A stretch of 64,000 nucleotides of DNA from Candidatus Aminicenantes bacterium JdFR-78 (GTDB lineage Bacteria; Acidobacteriota; Aminicenantia; JdFR-78), in NCBI GenBank assembly GCA_002010665.1, contig MTON01000027.1:22780-86779 (forward strand), given 5' to 3'. The notes under the pieces were generated by a model. The model was not told where the DNA came from. It ran no database searches and saw only the letters and a list, made by a program, of their open reading frames with translations. This document shows positions 20,219 to 30,354 of this stretch, in pieces (within the stretch, counting starts at the first letter, position 1; every line of letters starts with the position of its first letter). A program made the translations under genes and the position numbers.

Positions 20219-20653
20219 CTAATCCGATTCCAATTTTTTTATTATATCCTTATATTTTTTCCCACCTATTGGTCTCGGTAATAATTGTCTTAATATAATT
20301 TTATTTTCATCTATTGATAAAACATATCCATCATAGAATTTATCACCTTTTTTTACAAAATAAGGGAAACCATCGGGTCCATTTACAATAGCAATATATT
20401 TTCCCTTTACTTTTGCTATTCCTCTAAGAACAATTTCTCCCACTGAAAGACCTTCTCTACCAGGTTTTTTTGGTCTCTCTTCTAATACAGGACCTTTAAG
20501 GAGATCTCTAAAAGGATCTCTTCTTCCAGCAGGATTATAAAAGAATTTCTTAATTTTTATTTCCTCTTTTTTTATCTCAGATTTTTTCTCCTGTAGAAAA
20601 AGAAAATTTGATATCAAAAGGATTGAAAGAGATAAAATTATAAACTTTCTCAT
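20219..20653 (-). CDS. pilP: Type IV pilus assembly protein PilP
   Basis: Lipoprotein-like N-terminus, 'RRDPF' motif and C-terminal beta domain. Position between pilO and pilQ. Confidence 0.6.
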   Translation of the reverse strand: MRKFIILSLSILLISNFLFLQEKKSEIKKEEIKIKKFFYNPAGRRDPFRDLLKGPVLEERPKKPGREGLSVGEIVLRGIAKVKGKYIAIVNGPDGFPYFVKKGDKFYDGYVLSIDENKIILRQLLPRPIGGKKYKDIIKKLESD

Positions 20654-20654
20654 A

Positions 20655-21245
20655 TTATCCCCTCTTTTTTTCTTTTTCAGATTCCTCTGGAAGTTTCTCC
20701 TTGAAAATATAAGTCTTAGCTACACAGTCAACTGAAATAGTGTTTATTTCTGTCTGATCCCTCAAAGCAGATATTGTAATGTCTTCTACATTGAAAAGTC
20801 TCGAAAATCTACTTAAATGGTCGAAGAATATAGCAAGATTATGATAATTCCCGTTTAATTTCATTGAAATTGGCCATTCAAGATAATATTCCTGTTCAAT
20901 CTCTCCTTTAGGAGCAAATTTAATAATTGTTAAACGGGAATCTGAAGCCAGCTGTTGAATCCTTCTTAAAATTGCGTCAATTTCTTTTTTCTCTGGAATA
21001 ATTAACTCCAGTTCTTCTAGTTGCATGTTTAACTTTTTAAGTTCAGCTTTAAGTTTTTCCAATTGTCTTTTTTGCGCTTTAGCTCTTTGGACTTCCCTTT
21101 CAACAGCCATCCTTTCTTCTCTTAAAGTATTAAGCTCTTCATTTTTTGGCTTATAATAAAAAAAGTAGAATAAGCCGAAAATTAAAAGAGCTATTATTAA
21201 ATATCCATACCACGGTAAATTTCTCATTTTACTTTCCTTGTTCAA
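20655..21245 (-). CDS. pilO: Type IV pilus assembly protein PilO
   Basis: Single N-terminal TM, long coiled coil, C-terminal ferredoxin-like domain. Synteny pilN-pilO-pilP. Confidence 0.65.
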   Translation of the reverse strand: MNKESKMRNLPWYGYLIIALLIFGLFYFFYYKPKNEELNTLREERMAVEREVQRAKAQKRQLEKLKAELKKLNMQLEELELIIPEKKEIDAILRRIQQLASDSRLTIIKFAPKGEIEQEYYLEWPISMKLNGNYHNLAIFFDHLSRFSRLFNVEDITISALRDQTEINTISVDCVAKTYIFKEKLPEESEKEKKRG

Positions 21246-21840
21246 TTTTTTGTTGTGAATAAGGTTGATAAATGAATTCTGAAGTTAATGTGAATTCAAG
21301 GACAGGTTCTCCGCCAATCCTTTTCTGAGTTGAGTCAATTAAATTTACATTTATGAAATAGGGACTTCTATTCAGATTAGTAATGTAATCAGCTATAAGG
21401 TTATTGGAAAGAGCCCTTCCTCTTATTTCGATTTTATTTGCACTGAATTTTAATGACGTGAGCCAGACCCAATCAGGTAAATTTCTACTGAGTTCATCCA
21501 TCATTATAACAGGAGCTTCCTGTTTTGCTCTCAAATTATTAATGAGCTCTATTTTTTTCTCAACAAGTAACTTTTTTTTCTGTAATTCTTCAAGGTCTCT
21601 AACAATATATGCCAATTTTCTCCTTTCTTCTCTGGCCCTTTCCAACGCCTCCCTTTCGTTTTTTATTGCTCTGTTCTGAAAGAAGAAAAGACCTGCAATC
21701 ACAATCAATACAGCTAAAATTATGTAGACAGAATAATTTTTTACCTCCTTTTTGACTTCTGGTCTAACAATTTCCTCAATTTCTTCTCCAGGTCGTATAA
21801 TTTCCTTTTTTTGAGGCTTTAATAAATTTATTTTTATCAT
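21229..21840 (-). CDS. pilN: Type IV pilus assembly protein PilN
   Basis: N-terminal conserved 'INLL' PilM-binding motif, single TM, coiled coil. Synteny. Confidence 0.7.
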   Translation of the reverse strand: MIKINLLKPQKKEIIRPGEEIEEIVRPEVKKEVKNYSVYIILAVLIVIAGLFFFQNRAIKNEREALERAREERRKLAYIVRDLEELQKKKLLVEKKIELINNLRAKQEAPVIMMDELSRNLPDWVWLTSLKFSANKIEIRGRALSNNLIADYITNLNRSPYFINVNLIDSTQKRIGGEPVLEFTLTSEFIYQPYSQQKIEQGK

Positions 21841-21843
21841 TTT

Positions 21844-22914
21844 TTATTCTCCCATTCTTCTTAGGGCTGAGCCTAAAGCAATTCCGAATAGGGGAGCCAT
21901 TTCAACTGTATAAAAAGGATCAAATTTTTTTAGGTCATAGTCTATATTTCTAAAAGGATTTAATACCTCTACATCTACTTTAAACCCGTCTCTAAAATAA
22001 TCTACAATACCTGTTAATTTTGCTGTTCCTCCACTCAAAAATATTTTTTCAATTTTGCCTTTTGTTATTTTTTGAGAATCCAGAAAAGCAAAAGTTTTAT
22101 CAATTTCGTCTTTAAGATCCCTTAAATTGGCATCAATTACAGCCTTTGCATCAGAATAAGAAATTTCTTTTACTGTCATCCCTCTTTTCAGTTGTTCAGC
22201 TTCTTCATAATTCAGGTTGAACTCTTTCTGGATGTTCTGTGTAAGATAATTTCCTCCCATTGCAAATTCCCTAACAAAAATTGGGATACCTTTTTCCACT
22301 ACATTTATTGTGGTTAAATCAGAGCCAATATTTATTAATGCAATTCTCCAATTTCTATAATCATCATAATTTATTTCCAATGAATTCAAAAGAGCGAATG
22401 CATCAACTTCTATTACTTCTAGATTCTTACCTGCTTGAGTAATAACGCTTCTATAACTATTAATTTTATCTTTTTTTACAGCAACTAATAACACATCCAT
22501 TTTTCTTTCTTCTTCAACCTTAGGAGTTTCTAAAATGACATAATCTATGGTAACTTCATCTAAAGGGAATGCTATATGTTGTTTTGCTTCCCATAGTATT
22601 GATTCCTCAAGCTCTTCAGGAGTAAGATAGGGAAGGGAAATCTTTTTAATTATCACTCCACTTCCAGAAAGGGAGAGCGCAACATTATTGTTTTTTATAT
22701 TATTCCTTTCAAATAGCCGATGAATTGTATCTATTACTACTGTAGAATCCATAATAACACCTTCAACTATGCTTTCATGTGGAAGAGTTTCATATCCAAT
22801 TTTGGACAGTTCAAAGCCTCTATTTCCCCTCTTTGGTTTCAGTTCTACAGCTTTAATTGAGTGAGAGCCAATGTCCAAACCGACTAACTGCTTACTTTTT
22901 TTAATTTTAATCAC
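21844..22914 (-). CDS. pilM: Type IV pilus assembly ATPase-fold protein PilM
   Basis: Actin/FtsA-like fold ('VGLDIGSHSIKAVEL', 'GGTAKLTG'). Confidence 0.85.
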   Translation of the reverse strand: MIKIKKSKQLVGLDIGSHSIKAVELKPKRGNRGFELSKIGYETLPHESIVEGVIMDSTVVIDTIHRLFERNNIKNNNVALSLSGSGVIIKKISLPYLTPEELEESILWEAKQHIAFPLDEVTIDYVILETPKVEEERKMDVLLVAVKKDKINSYRSVITQAGKNLEVIEVDAFALLNSLEINYDDYRNWRIALINIGSDLTTINVVEKGIPIFVREFAMGGNYLTQNIQKEFNLNYEEAEQLKRGMTVKEISYSDAKAVIDANLRDLKDEIDKTFAFLDSQKITKGKIEKIFLSGGTAKLTGIVDYFRDGFKVDVEVLNPFRNIDYDLKKFDPFYTVEMAPLFGIALGSALRRMGE

Positions 22915-23014
22915 TTATAAACCTCTTAAATCTGTCTTAGTTTGTATTAAATTTAATTAAAAAATTTTTTAATGTCAAGTATTTTTTTTATAAAAAATTT
23001 TTTTTCTGATTTAT

Positions 23015-23506
23015 TTAAGTTGAATTTTCCCTGATTTTTCTCTTTAATTCTTTTTCAACGACTGCAGGAACCAGATTTTTAATACAGCCACCTAATTTAA
23101 AGACTTCTTTAACCAATCTTGAGCTTAGAAAGGAATACTCGATGCTTGGCATCATAAAGAGGGTTTCAATTTCTGGATTTAATTTTCTATTCATCAAAGC
23201 CATCTGGAATTCATATTCAAAATCAGAAATTGCTCTTAATCCTCTTATTACCACCTTTGCCTTTTTCCTTTTTACAAAATCTACCAGAAGCCCCTGAAAA
23301 GGTTCCACTTCGATTTCCTCCCTATCTTTGAAAATTTCTTTAATTATCCTCACCCTTTCCTCAATGGAGAAAAAGTAATTTTTTTCCGGATTTTTGAGTA
23401 CTCCTATAATTATCTTATCAAATATCTTCAATCCCCTCTCTATTATATCAATGTGACCATTTGTTATAGGGTCAAAGGAGCCAGGGTAAATCGCTATTTT
23501 TTTCAT
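23015..23506 (-). CDS. coaD: Phosphopantetheine adenylyltransferase
   Basis: '[18 protein letters not shown]' HxGH nucleotidyltransferase motif, 163 aa. Confidence 0.9.
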   Translation of the reverse strand: MKKIAIYPGSFDPITNGHIDIIERGLKIFDKIIIGVLKNPEKNYFFSIEERVRIIKEIFKDREEIEVEPFQGLLVDFVKRKKAKVVIRGLRAISDFEYEFQMALMNRKLNPEIETLFMMPSIEYSFLSSRLVKEVFKLGGCIKNLVPAVVEKELKRKIRENST

Positions 23507-24051
23507 TTCTTATTCGAATGAAAAATATCATAAAAAAAGAGTTTTTTCAAATTAATCCCTTTTATAATGGCAATAATAAAAAAAATGGGTAAGAAAATTA
23601 TTAACTCAATTCCAATAGCCTTTAAATTCGAAATAGAGAAAAGTTCAGATAAATTACCTTTGCTTATCCCAGGAAAAAGCCCAAGATAAAAGGTTTTATT
23701 CCAGAAAGGATAGAACATAGGAACACCTATTGGCTCTCTGTAATCTGTGACAAGAGAGTCAATTAAAAAGTGAGTACAAATTATTATAAATGAGAGGATT
23801 GCGTATTTTTTATTTTTGTAAATTAAATAAACAAGAAGAGAAACAATAAGGGCAAAGAGAAAATTATGAGTGTAAATTTGATGAAATTTTCCTCCTTTTT
23901 CTAATCCCATAAAGAGTGTAGGTAATAAATCCATATCCGGTAGAAGGCCCAAAAGGAGAATGAAAAAAATATACTTGATGTTATAATATTCATTTTCTGC
24001 AACTAATCCAATACTGAGGCTTGCTAAGGAATGACCTAAGGGGGAGGGCAT
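23503..24051 (-). CDS. Membrane-bound metal-dependent hydrolase, YdjM/DUF457-like
   Basis: About 180 aa polytopic protein with conserved His/Asp in TM segments ('GHSLASL', 'LLPDMD', 'HFLIDSL'). Confidence 0.55.
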   Translation of the reverse strand: MPSPLGHSLASLSIGLVAENEYYNIKYIFFILLLGLLPDMDLLPTLFMGLEKGGKFHQIYTHNFLFALIVSLLVYLIYKNKKYAILSFIIICTHFLIDSLVTDYREPIGVPMFYPFWNKTFYLGLFPGISKGNLSELFSISNLKAIGIELIIFLPIFFIIAIIKGINLKKLFFYDIFHSNKK

Positions 24052-24054
24052 TTT

Positions 24055-24348
24055 TTATCCCTTTTTAACTAAGTTAATGAATTCTTTTAAGTTATTTCTT
24101 TGCTTGGAGTTTACTTCAATAAATTCAAAAGCTATTTTGAAAATTTCCTTGTCATTTCTTATATCTTTTTCTATTCTTTTTACAATACCCTTGATTGAAA
24201 AATCCAGTTCTTTATAAGATATTCTCAAAAAATGGGTTGAATTCAATGGAAGGGAATAGGTAGCTTCAATTAATATTCCTCCTTCACTTATATTTTTAAT
24301 AATGAAATCTCTTAAAAATTCAATTTTAGTTATTTTTTTATTATTCAT
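24055..24348 (-). CDS. Hypothetical protein (possible degenerate PilZ-like partner)
   Basis: Overlaps the PilZ gene by 8 nt. No recognisable motifs. Confidence 0.3.
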   Translation of the reverse strand: MNNKKITKIEFLRDFIIKNISEGGILIEATYSLPLNSTHFLRISYKELDFSIKGIVKRIEKDIRNDKEIFKIAFEFIEVNSKQRNNLKEFINLVKKG

Positions 24349-24700
24349 TTTCTTCCTTTTTTCCAGATAAATCTTTTAAATACTCATTCAGTAATTTCAA
24401 TTGGTTGTTGGTTATATTCTCAAATTTAATACCTGCTCTATAAATAATGGCATCTTCTTTCAAAGAATGGACAAATACCCTTTCTACCTTTCCTTGGGCA
24501 ATGAATCTTTTTCCATTTAAATCAATTTCTAAGTTGCATTCGCTACCAATTTTAATTGGAGTTGTTATCTCAACTAGAACACCGGACTGGCTTATATCAA
24601 CAATGGTTCCCTCTATTCCAGTTTTAATTTTTCCCGGCACTCTTTTTTTTAATTCTACCCTCGGGTATTTTCTTCTCTCTATAAAGCTTGTTTTTTTCAT
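24341..24700 (-). CDS. PilZ-domain c-di-GMP receptor protein
   Basis: 'RRKYPRVEL' (RxxxR) followed by 'DISQSGVLVE' (D/NxSxxG), the two halves of the PilZ c-di-GMP binding signature. Confidence 0.7.
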   Translation of the reverse strand: MKKTSFIERRKYPRVELKKRVPGKIKTGIEGTIVDISQSGVLVEITTPIKIGSECNLEIDLNGKRFIAQGKVERVFVHSLKEDAIIYRAGIKFENITNNQLKLLNEYLKDLSGKKEENE

Positions 24701-24761
24701 AGGTATTGAAGATAATTAACATATAATTAACATATATGCAAGCTATTTTGGTGTTTTAGAA

Positions 24762-26468
24762 ATGAAAAGTGCTAAAGAGCTGAAAGAAATTCTTATTAAT
24801 ATAGATGGAAAGGGTTATAAAGCTTATAAAAGAATAGAAGGAATTTACAGATTTGATAATTATAGAATTTCCATTGACCATGTTCAGGGAGACCCTTTTG
24901 CTTCTCCCACAAAAGTTAGAGTATTTGTGGATGAAAAAATAGCAAATTTTCCTAAGGATACTTATTCAAATAAAAGCAGAGAGATTGCTTTAAGAGATTT
25001 TTTAACGAGAAAATTTTCGATAGCGATTAAAAAATATTCTAAAGGCAAAAGGGGATCTGGAAAAAGCGGTTTAATAGGCATTGATATTCCTGGTCAGGAA
25101 ATTTTAGAGCGGAACTCGATTTTAATAAATAAAGGTTCAATAGAAGTTCGTTTTACTGTAGGACTACCTGCTAGAGGGAGAAGAATACTCTCGAAAATAG
25201 CTTTTTCAATTTTCTTTGAGGAGATTCCCAGGATTGTAATAGAATCATTATTTTATAAAAATTTGGACAAAAAAGAGCTTTATCGACATATTGAAATTTC
25301 AGAAGATGCAGATTATTTAAGGTCTATTCTGGATGAATTAGGTCTTGTGGCCTTTATTGGAGAGAACTCAATTCTTCCTCGTAGAAGTGGAATTGATCCA
25401 CGTCCATTATCAGCAGAGAAAGCAATTAGGTTTCGAGCACCTGAGGAGTTAAAGTTTGAAGTCAAACTCCCAAACAAAGGTCTAATCAAAGGCATGGGAA
25501 TACCCAAGGGAGTAACACTTATAGTTGGAGGAGGTTATCATGGGAAATCCACACTTTTAGAAGCTATTCAGTTTGGAATTTACAATCATATCCCAGGAGA
25601 TGGCAGAGAATATGTTGTTTCTAATCCTGATACAGTAAAAATCAGAGCAGAGAATGGTAGAAGAATAGAGAAAGTAGATATTTCCAATTTTATTAGTAAG
25701 CTCCCACTTGGAAAAGATACTCGAGTCTTCTCCACCGACAATGCAAGTGGTAGCACATCCCAGGCAGCAAATATAATAGAAGCTCTGGAAATGGGGGCAA
25801 AAGTTCTCTTAATTGATGAAGATACTTCAGCAACTAATTTTATGATTCGGGATCATAAAATGCAGGAATTAATATCAAAGGATAAAGAGCCAATAACTCC
25901 TTTTATAGATAAGGTTCAACAGTTATACAAGGATTATGGGGTTTCGTCCATAATTGTGATTGGAGGAGCAGGGGATTACCTTGATGTTGCAGATTGCGTG
26001 ATTTCAATGGTTAATTATGTCCCATTTGATTTCACTCAGAAAGCCAAGCAAATTGTTGAGAGATTTAGAACAGAAAGAAAAAGAGAAGGAGGGATCCATT
26101 TTGGGAGAATAACTAAGAGAATTCCTTCTTCATGTAGTATAAAAAGATGGAGAAAAATAAAGATTGACCCATATGAATATAAAATTATCTCATGCAATGG
26201 TAACAAACTGGATCTAACTGCTCTTGAACAATTAGTTCATCCAGCTCAAACAAAAGCCATCGCACGAGCATTAAGTTATTCTATAAAATATATGGATGGC
26301 AAAAGAACACTAAGAGAGATTGTAGAAAGGGTTATTGAAGATGTAGAAAAGAATGGTCTTGATATTCTTTCAAGAAGAATTACAGGAGATTTCGCAAAAT
26401 TCAGAAAATATGAACTGGCATTTGCTTTAAATAGACTAAAGAGCTTTGAGATTAAACAGATGCTTTAA
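24762..26468 (+). CDS. Predicted ABC-class ATPase (stand-alone 'ABC_ATPase' family, COG3044-like)
   Basis: About 570 aa. Central P-loop 'GGGYHGKSTLLEAI' and Walker-B-like 'VLLIDEDTSATNF' in a non-transporter context. Confidence 0.5.
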   Translation: MKSAKELKEILINIDGKGYKAYKRIEGIYRFDNYRISIDHVQGDPFASPTKVRVFVDEKIANFPKDTYSNKSREIALRDFLTRKFSIAIKKYSKGKRGSGKSGLIGIDIPGQEILERNSILINKGSIEVRFTVGLPARGRRILSKIAFSIFFEEIPRIVIESLFYKNLDKKELYRHIEISEDADYLRSILDELGLVAFIGENSILPRRSGIDPRPLSAEKAIRFRAPEELKFEVKLPNKGLIKGMGIPKGVTLIVGGGYHGKSTLLEAIQFGIYNHIPGDGREYVVSNPDTVKIRAENGRRIEKVDISNFISKLPLGKDTRVFSTDNASGSTSQAANIIEALEMGAKVLLIDEDTSATNFMIRDHKMQELISKDKEPITPFIDKVQQLYKDYGVSSIIVIGGAGDYLDVADCVISMVNYVPFDFTQKAKQIVERFRTERKREGGIHFGRITKRIPSSCSIKRWRKIKIDPYEYKIISCNGNKLDLTALEQLVHPAQTKAIARALSYSIKYMDGKRTLREIVERVIEDVEKNGLDILSRRITGDFAKFRKYELAFALNRLKSFEIKQML

Positions 26469-27786
26469 TAAATTGCGGAGCTTTTTTACCTATGATGATC
26501 TGTATTTTATACTCTGGTTTAAGCCATTTTTTAATATAAGTATTGAACTCCTTTAAACTTATATTCTCGATTATATTGAAAAACTTGTTTGGATATTCAT
26601 AACCGAGCCCGTGAATTTCAAAATAGCCAAAAGTAAATGCTTTTTTAGATTTACTCTCATTTTCTCTAAGAAAGGATGCTATTGAATTTATTTTGGCAAT
26701 CTCAAGCTCCTCTTCTGAAACCCCGTTTTCTATTAATTTTTTAAATTCATTTTTCAATAGTTTAACGGTTTTTTCCTGATTATCATGGTGTGTTTCAATA
26801 CAAGCGCTGAATGTCCCAGCAAATAACATGAAATTTACTTTTGAACGAATTGAATAAGCTAATTTCTCTTTCTGTCTTAATGCCCAGAGTCGAGAATAAG
26901 TTCCTTTTCCAATCAGGACATTTAAGAGATAACCTAAAGCAAAATTTTTTTCATTGATTTCACTCTGGGGATAGGCGATCATAATAAGAGATTGCCTTCT
27001 ATTTTTATATATAAATTTATCTTGAGCCTGTAAAATTATCTGTGCTTTGTTCTTCTTCAATTTTGATTCGCCTGCAGGAATTTTTGAAAAATACTTTTTA
27101 ATTATGTCGTATACGGCATTGGAATCTAAATCAGTAACAACTGATATAATTAAATTTTCCCCTCGAAAATAGGCATTATAAAAATTTTTAATATCCTTTT
27201 TGTTGATAGATTTTATTGATTCTTCATTTCCATAGACTGGATTTCCGTAGTGCTTTTTCCCAAATCTGAGGTTATTATGAATATTTTCTATTAAAAGCCA
27301 AGGTTCTTCCTTCTCTCGTTTTTGTCTTGCCTCCATGATTTTTTTTATTCTATTAATTCTTATTCCACTGAATAAAGGTTTTGTGAAGGATTTTGAAATT
27401 ATTTTGATTGTTTTTTCAAAGTTTTTTGAAAGACATTCAATTTCGATTGTTGTATAGTCAAAGCTTCCATTTACTGATATTTTAGATCCCATGGTTGCTA
27501 TTTTCTGTACATCGTTTGAACTCCCGGGATCCACTGCAAGACGAGTGGTAAGAAAAGAGAGCCCACTTTTCCCCTCTGGTTCAGCAAGTTTTCCTCCTTT
27601 AATGAAAATTCTGGCTACTGTGAGGCTGGAGGTCGAGTCTTTTTGACAAATTATTCTTATTCCATTTTTTAATATGAATTTATTTAGTGATGAAAAAGTA
27701 GTTTTCTGAATATTAGTTGTAGATGGAATTGCAAAGCTAAAATTCACTAGAAAAATCAATAATAGAGAAATTTTATTTATTCTCAT
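26452..27786 (-). CDS. M16-family peptidase subunit lacking the HxxEH zinc motif (non-catalytic partner)
   Basis: Signal peptide, M16 N- and C-domain architecture, no inverted zinc motif. Overlaps the catalytic partner upstream. Confidence 0.65.
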   Translation of the reverse strand: MRINKISLLLIFLVNFSFAIPSTTNIQKTTFSSLNKFILKNGIRIICQKDSTSSLTVARIFIKGGKLAEPEGKSGLSFLTTRLAVDPGSSNDVQKIATMGSKISVNGSFDYTTIEIECLSKNFEKTIKIISKSFTKPLFSGIRINRIKKIMEARQKREKEEPWLLIENIHNNLRFGKKHYGNPVYGNEESIKSINKKDIKNFYNAYFRGENLIISVVTDLDSNAVYDIIKKYFSKIPAGESKLKKNKAQIILQAQDKFIYKNRRQSLIMIAYPQSEINEKNFALGYLLNVLIGKGTYSRLWALRQKEKLAYSIRSKVNFMLFAGTFSACIETHHDNQEKTVKLLKNEFKKLIENGVSEEELEIAKINSIASFLRENESKSKKAFTFGYFEIHGLGYEYPNKFFNIIENISLKEFNTYIKKWLKPEYKIQIIIGKKAPQFIKASV

Positions 27787-29176
27787 TTTCAGGATAAATA
27801 ATTACTATTGAATATCTATCTCTATAAAGATATTTTCCTGCTACTTTTCTTAATTGTGTGGGAGTCACATTTTCAATTTTCTCAATGAAACTACCATTTT
27901 TAATGGTTTTTTGTTGAAGAATTAGAAATTTTGAGACAGCAATTGCAACATTAAGTCCTATTTCAAAACCTGCATATTGAGCTATTTTCGCTTGATTTTT
28001 AGCACTTTCGAGTTCATCTAGAATGGGATAGTAAATTTCACTTGGCATATATTCCTCTATGGAATAACGGGAAATTTTTGCTTCTTTTAGAACTTTTCTA
28101 ATGATTCTTTCAACTGTTTTAATTTTTTTAGAAGGTGAACTTACGATTAAAGTTATTACACCACTATACTTATATGGAATATAATACATTTTTAGGTTAT
28201 AGATTAAGTTGCCTCTTCTCTGTAAAGCATTCCAGAGTCTTGGGCTTGAACCAGAACCAATAATTCTGGTTAGGATTTGTGTAGGGATTTCATCTTCATC
28301 ACCGAGAGGAGGCGCTGGGATGCCAAATATAATATATGCCTGCTCAGTACTTTTGTAAATAATAGATTTTATGGATTTAGATATGGGTTGAGGGGGATTT
28401 ATTTCCTTATGAATAACTTTATTTGCTGGTATATTCTCATAAATTTCTTTTATTTTTTCAATGACATAATTCTTATCCACATCTCCTACCACACAAATAG
28501 CAGAGTTTGAAGGATTGAAATATTTTTTATAATATGAGTAAATTTCTTCAATAGAAGCTCTCTTTATGTTTTCTTTGCTTCCATATACTGGAAAACCATA
28601 AGGATGTGTTTTAAATAACTGCCTATACATTAATTCTATTCCATATTTTTCAGGATCATCAAAATAAGAATCAATTTCATCCAATACGATTTCTTTTTCT
28701 TTTTTAAGACCTTCTTCTGTGATTTTAAGGTCAAATAGCATCTCTTTATGGATTTCAATTGCGAAATCAAAAAATTTTGATGGAAGTGAAATTTCAAAGG
28801 TAGTCACATCCCTTCCTGTATGCCCATTAAAATAAGCTCCATGAGCTTTCATTTCATTAACTATTTCCTCGCCACTTCTTTTCTCTGTTCCTCTAAATAA
28901 GATTAAGTGTTCCAATAAATGAGTGAAGCCATTAGTTAATTCATCTTCATCTTTTGAACCAACATTAATTGCAGTTACTATATTTACAAGGGGCAAATTA
29001 TGCCTTTCCATAACAAATACTTTCATTCCGTTCTTTAATTCTATGAATTCAGTCTGCGGTTGATTTTGTGGGAATGACAGATTAGAGAGGAATAATAAAA
29101 GGAATAGTAATATAAAAATAAAAGAAGAATTTTTAGAATTCATAACTCTATTATAATTTAATAACAATCCATTCAA
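27773..29176 (-). CDS. M16-family zinc peptidase (pitrilysin-like), catalytic subunit
   Basis: Signal peptide and inverted zincin motif 'HLLEHLIL' with downstream Glu. Confidence 0.8.
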   Translation of the reverse strand: MNGLLLNYNRVMNSKNSSFIFILLFLLLFLSNLSFPQNQPQTEFIELKNGMKVFVMERHNLPLVNIVTAINVGSKDEDELTNGFTHLLEHLILFRGTEKRSGEEIVNEMKAHGAYFNGHTGRDVTTFEISLPSKFFDFAIEIHKEMLFDLKITEEGLKKEKEIVLDEIDSYFDDPEKYGIELMYRQLFKTHPYGFPVYGSKENIKRASIEEIYSYYKKYFNPSNSAICVVGDVDKNYVIEKIKEIYENIPANKVIHKEINPPQPISKSIKSIIYKSTEQAYIIFGIPAPPLGDEDEIPTQILTRIIGSGSSPRLWNALQRRGNLIYNLKMYYIPYKYSGVITLIVSSPSKKIKTVERIIRKVLKEAKISRYSIEEYMPSEIYYPILDELESAKNQAKIAQYAGFEIGLNVAIAVSKFLILQQKTIKNGSFIEKIENVTPTQLRKVAGKYLYRDRYSIVIIYPENENK

Positions 29177-29230
29177 AAAACAAGGAGAAGAAGATATTAA
29201 AAATTTAAGAAATAAAAAAATTGAAAATAA

Positions 29231-30217
29231 TTAACTCAAAAAGTTAGTTTTAAAATCCTGAATTCCTTTTCCATTTCCGAGCACCAGCAAGGTGTCACCC
29301 ACTTCGATTTTTGTTTCAGGTGCTGGATTAAAACAAATTTCTTTCCCTGGCTTCCTTACAGCCATTACAATTACATTGGATTTTCTTCTGATGTCAGCTT
29401 CTTTTAAAGATAGACCTACAATTTTAGATTGTTTACTTACAACAAATTCCTCCATAAAAAGGGAGAGTTCCTGTCTTCTAATTATAAGATCTATAAAATC
29501 AACAAGAGTGGGTCTTATCAATCCCTGAGCTATTTTTAATCCTCCAAGTTTGTAAGGACTTACAACCTTGTTGGCTCCAATTTGAAGAATTTTTTTCTCT
29601 CCTTCCTCATCGAGAGCTTTTGAAAGAATATATAATGAAGGATTGAGTTGTCGAGCAGTTAGAACAAGATATAAATTATCAGCGTCAGTAGGAAGAAGGG
29701 CAGCGAGTCCCTTAGCTCTCTTAACTCCAGCTTGAATAAGGACTTCCTCTAAAGTTGCGTCTCCCTCTATATATAAGCAGTTTTTTTTCTCAAGGTTGTG
29801 AATTTTTTCTCTGTTATTTTCTATAACAACATGAGGAATATTTTCCATCATAAGTCTTTCTTGGACTATTTGTCCCATTCTACCATATCCACAAACAAGA
29901 TAATGATTTGATATAGTTTTTAATTTTTTTTCATTCATTCTTTTCCTCCAGAATTTTCTAATCCCTCCTTCAAAGGCTATTTCAGCGATTTTAGTAAATG
30001 CATAAAAGGCAGTGCTAACTCCTGAGAAAATTATAAATATTGTAAAGATTCTGCCAGTTGGGGTAAGAGGTCTCACTTCTCTGAATCCAACAGTGAATAT
30101 AGTAATTACAGTCATATAAAGACACTCCAGAATATTCCATTTTTCAATTAAGAAATAGCCAAAAGTGCCAATAATTATGATTAGGAAAAATAAAATAATG
30201 GGTTTTATCATAATCAA
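29231..30217 (-). CDS. 2-TM potassium-channel-like protein with RCK (TrkA-N/TrkA-C) gating domain, atypical selectivity filter
   Basis: TM1, pore helix, filter 'TVGFRE' (canonical TVGYGD), TM2, then Rossmann 'LVCGYGRMGQ' RCK and C-terminal TrkA-C. Confidence 0.7.
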   Translation of the reverse strand: MIMIKPIILFFLIIIIGTFGYFLIEKWNILECLYMTVITIFTVGFREVRPLTPTGRIFTIFIIFSGVSTAFYAFTKIAEIAFEGGIRKFWRKRMNEKKLKTISNHYLVCGYGRMGQIVQERLMMENIPHVVIENNREKIHNLEKKNCLYIEGDATLEEVLIQAGVKRAKGLAALLPTDADNLYLVLTARQLNPSLYILSKALDEEGEKKILQIGANKVVSPYKLGGLKIAQGLIRPTLVDFIDLIIRRQELSLFMEEFVVSKQSKIVGLSLKEADIRRKSNVIVMAVRKPGKEICFNPAPETKIEVGDTLLVLGNGKGIQDFKTNFLS

Positions 30218-30281
30218 ATATATATATTATTTTTTTTATTGAGACAAGCCTCTTATTATAAAAACTTTATAATATAAAAAC

Positions 30282-30310
30282 TTGACAATATTATACTCAT
30301 ATTTTATAAT
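30282..30310 (+). promoter_or_regulatory. Consensus sigma70 promoter (TTGACA-17-TATAAT) for the dnaK operon
   Basis: TTGACA 30282-30287, 17-nt spacer, TATAAT 30305-30310. Strong SD 'AAGGAGGTG' 6 nt before the dnaK ATG. Confidence 0.55.
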
Positions 30311-30354
30311 AAAGTTGAACTAATAGTTATTCTCATGTAATAAGGAGGTGAAAA

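Noticed and set aside
22950-22980. AT palindrome 'TTAAAAAATTTTTTAA' between pilM and coaD
   Set aside because: It is a pure A/T run in an AT-rich intergenic stretch. It cannot be distinguished from background and lacks a GC-rich stem for a terminator
30311-30354. Search for a HAIR (CTTGAGT-N7-ACTCAAG) or CIRCE operator in the dnaK 5' region
   Set aside because: Only weak half-sites are present ('TTGAACT', 'TTCTCA') with no convincing inverted repeat, so no operator was called
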